Assembly: GCA_964016885.1 (NCBI GenBank)
Contig: OZ024743.1
Location: 17,794,001-17,858,000, forward strand
Direction of reading: 5' to 3'
Source of the DNA: Eledone cirrhosa
Taxonomy: Eukaryota
DNA length: 64,000 nt
The stretch's first letter is position 1. Each line of letters begins with the position of its first letter. Both the position numbers and the translations under genes were made by a program. The notes beneath the pieces were generated by a model. That model worked only from the letters and a program-made list of their open reading frames with translations, made no database searches and was not told the DNA's origin. Shown piece after piece: positions 13,688-26,258 of the stretch.

Positions 13688-16600
13688 TGGGTTAAATAAC
13701 TACCTTATTCGAGTGGCGCCGGTAAGGTATTGTCAGCCATTGAAAAGAAATATGGAGAGTCGATCTAACAGCACTAGGGTTAGAGCCCCTAATTACACTG
13801 TCAAGGAGCAGCCTGGTCGTTATGACTCTGCTGGCTTAGAGCCACAGAGAGGGCCAGTGGATGATGGATCAGCTGTCTCTGAGACAAATATAAAGAATGC
13901 AGTTTTGTCCTGCAGAAGAGCCATCAAAATGGGCACTTTGAATGTGAGGACTATTCGAACGCTGGAGAAGAGAGAGGAGTTGGGACATCTGTTCGAGGAG
14001 AGTGGTATACAGATACTTGCGATCCAAGAACACAGGATTCTACACGATGAGCCCGTGAGGAGTGTGATAATCGGGAGGAAGAGCCAGCTCATCACTACAT
14101 CGGCAGTGAAGAACACAACTAATGCTGCAGTAGGAGGAGTGGGTTTTGTGTTCAGTGCAAAAACCAATCTGTTGGTGAGGGAAATAATGCCTATCTCCCC
14201 GCGAGTGTTGAGGGTGACCTTCAATGGAAACCCAAGACTGACAGTCATCTCAGCCTATAGTCCAACCGAGGGGGACAGTGATGTGAATGCCGAGGAGTTC
14301 CATGAGGAGGTGTGTAGAGCTGTCAACACCACTCAGGCACACAATATCCTGCTTGTTTTGGGGGACTTCAATGCACATCTGAGTAAGGAGGGCAGTGAAG
14401 ATCCTTGCTGGCACTTCCATAACAACACCAACCGAAATGGAAGACTACTGAGAGACACCCTCCTGGAGGCGAACTTGATGGCGACCAACCTAAGGTTTAG
14501 GAAGAATCTGGGGAAGATGTGGACCTACATCTCAGATATGCACCTGTCCAAGTCCCAGATTGATTTCATTCTGGTGAGGAAAAAGTGGCGGAATAGTGTT
14601 CTGAACACGGAACCATACAGCTATTTCAGTACACTGGGTAGTGACCACCGGCTTGTTATGAGTGAGGTCCGCGTGAGCTTAAGAAAGAGCAAGGCTCAGC
14701 CCCGGAGAACAATCTATGACTGGGGAGCTTTCAAGGAAGATGATAAGCTACAGGAGAGGTTCACAGTGGAAGTGAGAAACAGGTTTAGTGCTCTGTGTGG
14801 AGAGTCAGAGGAGAGAGAGATTGGATGGACTGAGGAGAGTGTGACGAGGAGGTACGGGCACTTCACCAATGCAGTGGCGAATGCAAGTGAAACCCTGGTG
14901 CCGAGGAAAAAGAACAAAGGGAAGCACGTCAGCTCTGCAAACCCAAAAAGTGTGTGCAGCTAGAGAACACCTGGAAGCTGCCAGGGACCAATTCTATGCT
15001 GATCCTACGGAGGAGAGGATGGAGACTGTGGAGGTGATGAGGGAAGAGCTCTGTACCGCTTACACTGAGGTCAGAGAGGAGGCACTGATAGAGAAGATCA
15101 GAAGTGTGGAGAGAGCGGTTGACAGATCTGGATGTAAGGAGAGCTGGATGATCATCAACGAGATCACAGGGAGGAAGAAAAGGCGTTCGAGTCAGATCCA
15201 GGGAACGGGGCCCGAGGATAGGAAGAAGAAATGGCTAGACCATTTTAGGACCCTACTAGGAGAGCCACCCTCCACAGCCCAGAGCACTGGGGAGATCAGG
15301 CGGCTGTTTGAGGAACTGGATGTTGAGACAGAGCCCTTCACCAGAGAGGAGCTTCAGAGAGCCAAGAAGAAGATCAAGGAGGGCAAGGCTCATGGAGAAG
15401 ATGGAGTGGCATCAGAGGTGATGAGGAGGTGTGATTTTGATGATATCATCTTGGGGTTCTGTAACGGGACACTGGAGAAAGGAGTTGCCCCGAATCAGTG
15501 GAGGATCAGTAACATCGTCCCAGTGCCAAAGAAGGGAGATCTCTCTAACACCAACAACTACCGGGGGATCTCACTGACATCACTTGTGGCAAAGACCCTC
15601 AACAGGATGATTCTTAACAGGATCCAGCCTGAGATGGAGAAGAAGCTCAGGGACAACCAGAACGGCTTCAGAGAGGGTAGATCAACCACCAGTCACATCC
15701 TGATGCTGAGGAGGATATTAGAGGGAGCTAGAGCAAAGTGCCTTCCTGCGGTCATGGTTTTCATTGACTTTAGGAAGGCCTTTAATTCTGTGGACCGTTA
15801 CTGCCTGATGAAGATCTTACAGGCTTATGGAATCCCCAAGAGGATAGTGGACCTGATATCACTGCTCTACACCAACACCAAAGCCCAAGTCATTACACCT
15901 GATGGGATGAAAGAGTTCTTTGAGATACTGGCTGGAGTGCTCCAGGGAGATACATTGGCTCCCTACCTTTTTATCATCGTAGTGGACTATTGTATGCGCC
16001 TTGCACTGGAGAAACACCAGGACACTGGCTTTACTGTAGCACCGGCTCAGAGAAGGAGAGTTGGGGCGAAAAAGGTATCGGATGCTGAATTTGCCGACGA
16101 CATAGTTTTGGTGACAAATACAGTGAAGGAGGCAGAGGATTTGATGCGGGAGGTTGAGACTGTGTCGATGAGTGTGGGGCTGAGAATGAATGAGACTAAA
16201 ACAAAATATCTGGTAGAGAATGTTGAGAAGCCAGAGGGGATCACTAATGTAGGCGGGAAGCCGCTGGAATTGGTTGAGGACTTCCTGTATTTGGGAGCAA
16301 AGATTGGGAATACGGAGGATGATGTGGTTGAGAGGAAGAGCAAGGCCTGGGCGGCGTGTCACAGCTTGAGATCGGTGTGGAAGTCGGACCTTCGTAGAGA
16401 CCTGAAAATCCGCCTCTTCATTGCTGTAGTAGAGTCTGTGCTGCTGTATGGGTCTGAGACTTGGACACTGACCAAGAGACTCACTCAGATGGTGGATGGG
16501 TGCTACACGAGAATGCTGAGGATGGCTCTGAACATTAATCAGTATAAACTGAGGATGAAAAACTCAGAGCTGTATGGGAGCATCCCAAAAGTCAGCTCAA

Positions 16601-16856
16601 ATGTGACGCAGAGGAGACTGAGGTTGGCTGGACATGCTCACCGACATCCAGAGTTGACATTGCACTCAGTGCTCCTTTGGGAGCCCCTACATGGACACAC
16701 TAGAAGAGGAAGACCAAGGTTAACATATGTTGATGCCCTAAGGACAGACACTGGTCTGTTGGAGATGCAGGATATGGCAGCAATAATGAGGGACAGAGAC
16801 CGCTGGAGAGAACTCGTCCATGGATCTCGGGAATTTTACCCGCCTTAGATAGATAG
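13688..16856 (+). mobile_element. RTE-clade LINE, near full length
   Basis: APE and RT in a single ORF architecture; very short 3' end ending in (TAGA)n; C-terminal RRLRLAGH...LLWEP..G.RRGRP typical of RTE. Confidence 0.9.
13752..16848 (+). pseudogene. RTE APE endonuclease-reverse transcriptase, split by one frameshift near 14940
   Basis: APE motifs GTLNVRT, AIQEHR, LGDFNAH, QIDFIL, SDHRLV in ORF 13548-14963 (probable ATG 13752); RT motifs NYRGISL, FIDFRKAF, GVLQGDTLAP, EFADDI in overlapping ORF 14869-16848. Confidence 0.88.
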
Positions 16857-18071
16857 ATATATATATATATATATACATGTTACGTCTGTGCATGAGAGAG
16901 TAAGACAGGGAAAGGGAAAGTGGGTGCATTTCTACATATACTTCTGAGCTTATGGTATTAAGATAAAAAAAAACACAAGTTTCCATAAAATCAAGGTCTT
17001 CTGTTATTTGATGGCGTATGATTACGTTTTTCTGAAAATTGAGAATATTTTGTAATTCACCTTTTGCAATTGCGTGTAGCAAAAGGAACCGAATTGTAAG
17101 CATTTGCACATAACAATGTAGTATAATCCGTAGCCTGAAAAATACGATTGCATTCATTATTTTATATACTGAATAATTCATATTTACCACACGTTCATGT
17201 ATTGTTATTCAAATCTTTAGTGAATAATATGAATAGTACTATATACCATGTGCAAAATAAAAACAATCTTTTAAGAGCAGAAACAAGCAGGATCAACTTT
17301 TCCTCTTTGAAAAATGAAGGCAATACACGAAGTCATTTACGTCATCGGAATTTACATATCATTGGAAGGTTTTTTTAAGAGTTTTAAAAGTCAGGATTTT
17401 TCAAAGAATATCTGCAGCAAAAGTTCATTGAAAAGAAGTCAATTGACGATTGAGAAATATTTCGCTTCCTCGTTTAAATATTCTGTCAATATACTATTCT
17501 TACCAGAACACGAAATTTGTTATATCCAGTAACTAAGGATAATTTCAAACTTACTCATACCGTTTGCCTGTAATGCCTATACATATTGCATACTAAGTCT
17601 TGATCTTCGAAACGATTGTTTGTTTCAAGTGTAATGCATTATATGGACATTTGTGGAAAAACAATTTTGAGGAGTTCAGCGGTTGAAAAATATAATAATT
17701 TATAACTTATTTTCCTGTTTTTATAGACCGATATCTGTCTTTAAAAATCCTCTTAGTTAGTTACAAAATGTATCCTCACTTCGTTAGTTAGTTAGACAAT
17801 TCATCCTTACTCGGTTGATTAAATATAACACTAATCATGTATTAGTGTCTTTCTGAGTCAAATACAATAGGATATGGTCATTAGGCCAAAGCTGACATGT
17901 TAGGTATTGTGATTGTATTCGATCTTTTAATATTCACAAATGTCCATTGTTAAGTAGAAGCTTAATAAAACTTGGTAAATGTTTAATACTGGCATTTATT
18001 TTCAGAGTTTGTCATTGGGAGAGGTCGAATTAAGCTTGTACTGAAATTATAATTCATTCCAGCACAATAAA

Positions 18072-18262
18072 TAATTGTTTCTACTTTTGGCACAAGGCCA
18101 GCAATTATCCAGTACATTACTGGTACTTTATTTTATCGACCCCGTAAGGATGAAAGGCAAAGTTAACCTCGGCGGGATTTGAACTCAGAATGGCAAGGGC
18201 CGTAACTCTATGCGTCAAAGCATGGCGTCCAACCCTCTACCGATACTGCCAATTCACCGCCC
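18072..18262 (-). mobile_element. tRNA-derived SINE, full length
   Basis: Reverse complement of the 20943 SINE with A- and B-box. Confidence 0.85.
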
Positions 18263-18428
18263 TGTAAACGAAATACAAGTTATCATACATACACTCACAC
18301 ATACACTCACATACATATATACTAAGACATACACACTCAGACATACATCAACGCACATCTCTCTGTCATCACATATGTATCTGTGTAGATGTGCGTGTGT
18401 TTAAATGCCTCTGTGCACACTCATATAC

Positions 18429-18529
18429 AAGGCAAAGTTAACCTCGGCGGGATTTGAACTCAGAATGGCAAGGGCCGTAACTCTATGCGTCAAAGCATGG
18501 CGTCCAACCCTCTACCGATACCGCCAATT
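18429..18529 (-). mobile_element. tRNA-derived SINE, 5' half duplicate
   Basis: Near-identical repeat of 18155-18255. Confidence 0.8.
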
Positions 18530-18623
18530 CCAGCACAATAAATAATAAGTTTATTTTATGCACTTTGCTCACTCAGATATTTTACAAGTTTAGTAATCAT
18601 ACTGCATGCTTTTTAATAATAAT

Positions 18624-18860
<237 letters not shown>

Positions 18861-19005
18861 TAACAGATTAAATTTTAAGCAAAGAATCGCTCTTTGGATT
18901 TTAGTCTTCAAATTTATTATTACTATATATATATATATGTGTGTGTGTGTGGGTGGGGGTGGGGGTATGTGTGTGTATCTGCGTGTGCGTGTGTATGTGT
19001 GTGTA

Positions 19006-20005
19006 CTAGCTTAATTACCCCGCGCTGCCCGGGTTATTGTTGTTCCTTTTCAGATTAGAAATCAATAAATATGAAGATATGTTATTTTGTCCTAATTATT
19101 TCAAAATATCTATATTTTATAAACAAAAAAAAACATATTAAAATAATTTAGGAATGAAAATCTTTCAATCTTGAAGCACCTTAGAGTAAACAATATTCGT
19201 TGTGTGATTCATTTATGTGTAGATGCTTGTCTGTATTTAATAACGTACCTAATGAGCGCGCAAACACACACACACTCTCAGACACATACATATTCATATA
19301 CAAAATAAGTGTTAATGTAAACGAAAATACAAGTTATCATACATACACTCACACATACACTCACATACATATATACTAAGACATACACACTCAGACATAC
19401 ATCAACGCACATCTCTCTGTCATCACATATGTATCTGTTTGTGTAGATGTGCGTGTGTTTAAATGCCTCTGTGCACACTCATATACAAAATGTGACGATG
19501 TGGTGGTGGTTTTCTGTAGTTGACTAAAGAAAATATCGTTATGTCAATCAACACACATACTCTCACACACACATCCACTCTCACATACACTCACACACAC
19601 ACGTAAACACTAACATACATATACTGTGACATACAAAATGCGACGTCTACACTCTCACATACACTGACACACATTATGTGTAGATGTGTGTGTGTTTAAT
19701 TCTCTGAGGCGTAACATACATATTGGACGCGAAACACACACACACTCAAAGACACACACACTCATATACAAAACGCGAGTCGTCGTCGTCGCAGAGGTGG
19801 TGGTTTAGTATAGTTGACTATAAAAATATTATTTTAGTTAAACACTTATATTGTTTTAATCCAAATGAAAATTAAAATTACATGTTGACACTCCTGGGAT
19901 CTAATCCTATTACCTTGTAAAATTTGATTTGATTTGGTCCAGATATTAGAGAATGCATAGGAAGAGAGAGACAGAAAGCTAAAGAGACAGAGAATTATAT
20001 ATATA
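19006..20005 (-). mobile_element. Non-autonomous Helitron
   Basis: Minus-strand 3' end cccgggcagcgcggg hairpin followed by ctag|t; microsatellite-rich interior; the far end resembles the 5' end of the 27555 Helitron but lacks a clean TC. Confidence 0.6.
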
Positions 20006-20277
20006 TGCCCGAGAAAATATGTGTGTCATCAAACATAGATGTGTTTTTCAAGTTCCAATTGAGTTCTAGCATGTGGCCTGAATTCCTTTTAGAGTTCATT
20101 GTCATGCGCATGTATTGTTTTTTTTGGCGATAATTTACTTCCTCATTTTTGAATCAGGTTGAGTATTTCTTTAGAACGGTGCGACAAGCAACCTAACAGA
20201 TACCTCAGGCACTGATGATTATTATGGCTAAATACTGATGTTGGTTAGATTATCAATATTAGTATTATTGGGGGCAC

Positions 20278-20402
20278 CCACTGATGAATTATAGGAGCCC
20301 ACTTGAATATATATCTATTGATGATATACAAGCTCCTACATAAATTGGTATAATTTCACCCAAATTGTAGGAATCCTATAATGAAACGAGACGTCCGTCT
20401 GG
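20278..20402 (+). ncRNA. Hammerhead ribozyme with long, branched helix II
   Basis: cca CTGATGA attatagga [~77 nt] tcctataat GAA acg(agacgtc)cgt C tgg: perfect 9-bp helix II base, GUC triplet, helix I cca/tgg. Confidence 0.7.
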
Positions 20403-20471
20403 AAAAAGATATATTCGATATGTCTCATATGAAATAATACAGCCAATTCCCCGAACCTCCGATAATGTATT

Positions 20472-20608
<137 letters not shown>

Positions 20609-20942
20609 TTTCATGAAACAGAAAACTCTGTTTATGGGAGTATGAACCAGTAAAACAAAATATTGGTGATTCTTGATACAAGGTAAGTTTGGAGTATATA
20701 AGTTAGCATCATATATGATCATATCGATCGGTGGTGTGGGTGCTGTAGGTTACCCTGATTATATGTGCTGGGGGAAGGGTTTGAATTGTTCGTATTTATT
20801 TGCTGTTTATCCACCAGTGTAAACATTCCTAATTTGTAATGTAAAACTTGTGCTCTTTGTGTATGAATGGGTGCATATCCTCGAAAGTATAAATTTGTGT
20901 ATTTTATGTGCGCTGAATGTACAACTTAATTATATATATTTA

Positions 20943-21133
20943 GGGCGGTGGATTGGCAGTATCGGTAGAGGGTCGGACGCCATGCTATGCAGCAACGAGA
21001 TACGGCTCTTTATGATCTGAGTTCAAATCCCGCCAAGGTAAAATTTGCCTTTCATCCTTACAGGGTCGATAAAATAAAGTACCAGTAATACACTGGTTAA
21101 TTGCTGGCCGTGTGCCAAAAGTAGAAACAATTA
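20943..21133 (+). mobile_element. tRNA-derived SINE (Pol III A/B boxes; central motif resembles the Meta-type domain)
   Basis: A-box tggcagtatcgg, B-box gagttcaaatccc, central gcctttcatccttacagggtcgataaaataaagtacc, tail gtagaaacaatta; six full or partial copies in the window. Confidence 0.85.
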
Positions 21134-21149
21134 GATATATGTAAGGCTT

Positions 21150-21960
21150 TGCACATTGTTGTGACTTTTTGTATAGTTAAAGAGGAATGCATACAGCAAG
21201 GAGCTACGTTTCTTTGCAAAGCCAACATGGAATATATAAGGAATAAGACCTTGGGGTTACGCTACTTATAAAGCAGGGATAGCAGCAATTAAATCAGCAC
21301 GGAAAAAATTCAGTGCTCACACCAAAAAGTGATATCAAATTCTCTCATCGGCTATCTAGGTGTCTAAGCACCACACAAGAGATCAAATAGAAATTGCGCC
21401 ACTAGGGATAGCATAAGCTATGTAAAGCTGCTGCATTTCAACGAGAGGTTGATTACTGCATTGTGACATGTTACCCATAAAGAGCTTACAACGCATATCC
21501 TTACCTGAGAAGATAATACGCCAAACATTTGATATGCATTTAATGATATATGCATGCTTACTAGCTGTCCCATGAACAATGCGGTAGCAAGCGTGAGAAC
21601 ATGCCGATAAATGTAATAAGAGTTTTGAACTTCAATAAGATGCTAGAATGTTAAGAAAATATATAGATAAAGGTGGTGATGGGTGACAAAAGTAACAAAC
21701 CAAAATAATTAATCTAAATATTTGAAGGTAAATAGCAGACTTTTAATTGGAAGAGTGAGAAAAGGTGCTTCCACTTCTAACGGATATGTTCGGTGATGTG
21801 TAGTTTCCTCTATTTTGCATTGGATATGTTTGCTCAACGTAGACCTTCATATCATTACGTATATATTAGGGTGTGCAGATTGTTGTGAGCCTTTTAATAG
21901 TTAAGGAGAAATGCATACAACACGGGTTTACCTTTCCATTCAAAGCCAAGTTTACCGTAT
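21150..21960 (+). mobile_element. Possible highly decayed Tc1/mariner relic
   Basis: tattagggtgtgcag TIR-like start at ~21864 with a diverged repeat at 21150; only faint transposase-like remnants. Confidence 0.3.
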
Positions 21961-22148
21961 ATACGTACACACATATATATATATATAAATATATATATAA
22001 GAATTAAAATATTAGTGTGTGTTGGAGTTAAACACTCACTTCATATTATAGAAATGACAGTAAAGGTAAAGCTCAATGTAATTAAACAGAGCCGAAGAAT
22101 TGTGAAAATAAACCAAAGAAGCCTTCAATACATCAACAGTCTTTATTA

Positions 22149-22186
22149 GCCAACAATGTTTCGTCCTATTAAGGACTCATCAGGGC
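22149..22186 (-). ncRNA. Canonical minimal type I hammerhead ribozyme
   Basis: Minus strand: gcc CTGATGA gtcc(ttaata)ggac GAA ac(att)gt T ggc, followed by taataaa. Confidence 0.85.
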
Positions 22187-23910
22187 AAGTAAAGCTATAA
22201 GAAGCACTATCGGCCAATACAAGCCAACAACTCAGAAGAATATGGAGTATGCATACATTAAAGCATAGGAAAAGTATCGAGTGAAAATTATCAAGTAAAA
22301 ATTGCTAAGGAAGTGAATAACATTTTGAACCATATTACAAATATAGTACAATGCAAAAACTAAAACTAAACACAAGTGGTGATATAAAGCGAGAATTACA
22401 GTACTATATATAATATAATATAATATAATATAATATAATATAATATAATATAATATAATATAATATAATATAATTGTTCATGATAATAATAATAATATTA
22501 AAAGGCCCAATATACATATATATATATATACATATGTACACACATATATATATATATCAATACACATATCCATCAATACAAACAGAAACTAACACTTATT
22601 AAGAGTTTAAATATGAATAAAAATAACAATAAAAATAGTATAAAATTATAAAGAAATGAGTAAAAGTAAACATATAATATATAATATACTATATAATTAT
22701 ATAATTTATGATCTACGATCAATTTGCACAAACAATATAAATATTACAATAACACTATAATAACAACATTATAATATATTGGCATATAACTTAACAAATC
22801 ATATAAAGTTACATACAGGGTGAGAAAAAAATATCATACAGAACTAAATTGTGTTGAAAAAATTGTGCTGGAAAATATCTATACCGTTGTAAGAAAACAG
22901 ACGGAGGTCAAGTTTTTATATAATTGGTATAAATAAATATTATCTAAACATTACAAAGATTATAAAAATATAAACATATTACAGAATTTACAAAATTTAA
23001 CATAAGGGTACATCGAATAATCGGTAAATATTTAAGATCTATAGTACGATTACATAGAGTGATATGATATAACAACTTCAATATCAAATAATAAACATAG
23101 TATAATATACATAATTACATGGTTGGTAGACAGACATATGTGAATAAGTGAATAAGAACCAGACAGAAACTACGCATGGTAGTAAAAAAATATAAATAAA
23201 ATCAACCGGAAATCGAAAGACAAAACCAAGTATATTTACTTAGGTGTCACAAGCAGTTAAGTAAAACAAATTAGGAATCAAACCCGGATAAATGACTAGA
23301 AAACCCTATTAAATTAATTAATATTGAAAGTATTTAAAATACATAATAAGTCAATACAAAATTAGCTATGTTTAAGTAATCAAAATCTCCAAAGTTTAAG
23401 ATATTTCAATAAAAATATCCAGAATAGAATGAAATATTCTACTATCACTTGAATAACGTTATCTAATAAACGGACTTTAAATAGAACTATGGTAGGCCAA
23501 TGGGGACAGAAAAAAGAAAGGTATGGAGTTTACGAAGGAGCATAAAATCATAATCAATATACTGTATTATACAATAGAAAGGAGCATAAAGGGAATTAAA
23601 TATAATTATAGTATAATTTAAGGGGCGATTGACAATTGTGTATGGGGAGGGGGGGGGGGTAATTATCTAAATGAGAATCCAAATAAAATAAAATAAAATA
23701 ATATAAAATAAGATAAAATAAAATATATAATCAGATATGAACTCATAAGGTGTTAATAGTGAAAACATAATATTTAAGAAGATAGATATGGTATGGTAGC
23801 CAAAAGACTATGAGAGCTAGATCGAAAAGCTGTTAAAAACCAATAATAATAATGAAAAGATGGTGGTAAACAAAATGAACCAAAACAAAAAAGATAGGGG
23901 AATATAACAG

Positions 23911-26055
23911 CTAATGGATACAATTTACACTACCAGAACTTTTAGGTTTATAATAAAAGTAAGAATTAGAAATGGCGTGGGGGCAGGAAGAGAATATCTC
24001 AGACTTTCTATTAAGTAAGGGTTCCCTAGAGAAAATTATAGAGTGGGTCTCAAGGATACAGAGATTACAGAATTTAGTGTGTGTTGATAGGTTATTAGAG
24101 CGTGCTACTATTCGCCAATTAAGGCGATAAGGTATATTAGCCCCCTTAAGATGCCAGATATGGTGCGCTAAAGAAGTAGAATTCTTAAACTTAACATGTT
24201 TAAAATTAGAGATATGAGAATTAAACCTAGTCTTAAAAGTGTTAGATGTTGAGCCTATATATGTACTATTAGAGGAATTAGTTTTAACTACACAAGCATA
24301 AACGATGTTCCTAGAGAGGCAGTTACCGTTTAAAGGGCAGTTAACCATCACTCTACAGTTACACTTCCGGGTGCTATTGATCGGCTGAAGTAGTGATGCA
24401 TCACTCGTAGGGTTACTATGAGATAAAGTCTGCTCAGGTGGTAAGGCATTTATGGATCTATCCAGACTAGTAGTATGCAGAGAGGAGTAGCCGTCCGTAA
24501 TGTTTCCATTGTTAGTGCTAGCTAAATGAGAACTAATATTAGGGGTGGTAGAGAATGATAGTTTAATTACATTTTTATTAAAAATATCATGGTATTTATT
24601 AGTAGGAGGGAAACTTTTCTCTAAGATAGAAAAGAAAGACCTAGGGATGTTAGTTAATACTTCCTGATCATATGGCGGGTTAAAATAAGTATTTAGTCTC
24701 GTTCTATTTCTATCCTTACCAACTCTACCGTTATCCAATATCCCATGATTAAGATCTGGGTTACTACGAGGACTAGTTAAAACCACATTATTAGAATCAG
24801 CCGAAACCCCATTGAGTCTCTTTCTGTTTCTACCTTTAGTATATCTACTGCTATCTGGAATCATATCAATAGGATTAGGGCTAATAATAGGATCAGTAGA
24901 AACAACACTATTAGAATTAGATTTAGCAAACGCATTACCACTGAGTGACCGCTCAGAGCGCCCAACTTGATCCCTAGAACTATTGGATTCCCTATTACGA
25001 ATCCGGTGGCTTAACTTATGGATGGGTTCGGATACACCTATGTGATTTCTACGATTCTTATGCTTTCTACTCCCATTCATGGCCATATTATGGGATATTA
25101 TGTTATTATTATTATATGTAAGCGGAGACTTTCTAAGGTTACTATTATTATAATGTATTTTACCAGAGTAACCGGAGTTATGTAGGGCATTATTATAGTA
25201 CTCTGCATGTGAATTAAATATTTCTATGTCCTTAGAAAGTGTGGAAATTCTATTAGATACACCATTAATTATAGAGCTTATCATAGATTTGGGGTGGTTA
25301 GAATTGGGACTAACATAGAGTATTTCATTAGGCTTATGGAAGGGTTTAAAACTATTAGTGACCAAGTCCAAAGTCACATCTAAAAAGTTGACCGCTCTAT
25401 CATTTCTATCTATCGTGATCGAAAGGTTGAAGCTTTTAAAAAACTTATAAAGTTTCTTCTTATTATGCTCAATGTTAATGGTGCTAGAGTTAATCACAAA
25501 CAATGAATCGTCACGATAAAGTCCGCCTTTAAGGTGCGGAAATGTAACATACAGTTCATTTAGGAGGAACAGCCCAACAAGATCAGTTACCTGGGCCGAA
25601 TCACTCGAACCCATTGTAACGTCGAAATTGTTGGGCGTGTTTTTACGGGTCCAAAATGTATCCTCGAAATTGATGATAGTTCTACGGGCTGCTAGTATAA
25701 TATCAAACTGTGATCGTGTAAGACTGGACACTCTAATGACCATCATTAAGGCTTTATTAAGGAGGATAGGTGAAATCGATGTGTAATAGGCATCACTATC
25801 AAACAGGATAAACCTACTAGATTCAAGTTTATTAATAGCAGGGAACCAATCTATAATCTCCTTAGTGTTCCCCCATAAATTAAAATTAACCTTCTCCCTA
25901 ACGGCTGGTATAATAAGGTCAAGGATTTTCTTACTAATTATGGGTATATCAGACTTGGAAGGACAGATGAGTCTAACAGAGGGATTACTAATGAAGTCTA
26001 CCTTATGATCCTTAAGAGTGAATCTCGGTTCCCTAGGGTAATATGGCTGGTATAT
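23911..26055 (-). CDS. Penelope-like (Naiad-type) reverse transcriptase + GIY-YIG endonuclease, N-terminally incomplete
   Basis: The frame stays open ~100 codons upstream of the called ATG (TLKDHKVDF..RLICPSKSD..ISKKILD..LFDSDAYYTSI); VTMGS, GLYRDDSL, FLDVTL, YFNPPY, CNC..CPL..C, NIVY..YIGST..FKTRF..H, CNLCILE; a shifted frame continues to ~26180. Confidence 0.85.
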   Translation of the reverse strand: MYQPYYPREPRFTLKDHKVDFISNPSVRLICPSKSDIPIISKKILDLIIPAVREKVNFNLWGNTKEIIDWFPAINKLESSRFILFDSDAYYTSISPILLNKALMMVIRVSSLTRSQFDIILAARRTIINFEDTFWTRKNTPNNFDVTMGSSDSAQVTDLVGLFLLNELYVTFPHLKGGLYRDDSLFVINSSTINIEHNKKKLYKFFKSFNLSITIDRNDRAVNFLDVTLDLVTNSFKPFHKPNEILYVSPNSNHPKSMISSIINGVSNRISTLSKDIEIFNSHAEYYNNALHNSGYSGKIHYNNSNLRKSPLTYNNNNIISHNMAMNGSRKHKNRRNHIGVSEPIHKLSHRIRNRESNSSRDQVGRSERSLSGNAFAKSNSNSVVSTDPIISPNPIDMIPDSSRYTKGRNRKRLNGVSADSNNVVLTSPRSNPDLNHGILDNGRVGKDRNRTRLNTYFNPPYDQEVLTNIPRSFFSILEKSFPPTNKYHDIFNKNVIKLSFSTTPNISSHLASTNNGNITDGYSSLHTTSLDRSINALPPEQTLSHSNPTSDASLLQPINSTRKCNCRVMVNCPLNGNCLSRNIVYACVVKTNSSNSTYIGSTSNTFKTRFNSHISNFKHVKFKNSTSLAHHIWHLKGANIPYRLNWRIVARSNNLSTHTKFCNLCILETHSIIFSREPLLNRKSEIFSSCPHAISNSYFYYKPKSSGSVNCIH

Positions 26056-26181
26056 TTATCAAGGCCAAGGTCCGAGACTATCTTAAGACCCTCATTATTG
26101 ATATGATCCAAATTATCTTGCGTAGTCTTTTTATAATTTCTATGCAGCTCCTTATAAATAAAATTACGGTAAGCACTGTAA

Positions 26182-26258
<77 letters not shown>

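Larger units (their letters stand above)
21998..26182 (-). mobile_element. Naiad-type Penelope-like retroelement, 5'-truncated, with long 3' UTR and HHR
   Basis: RT plus C-terminal GIY-YIG frame, ~1.7-kb AT-rich 3' region, canonical HHR at 22149-22186; both ends in TA-rich microsatellite. Confidence 0.85.

Noticed and set aside
13688-13800. HDV-like ribozyme in the RTE 5' UTR
   Set aside because: Only a simple tacctta/taaggta hairpin is visible; I could not build the nested double pseudoknot by eye.
23911-26055. Selenoprotein-type Naiad (in-frame UGA plus SECIS), as reported for some Naiads
   Set aside because: The frame has no internal UGA and the conserved cysteines are ordinary Cys codons; no SECIS was recognised.
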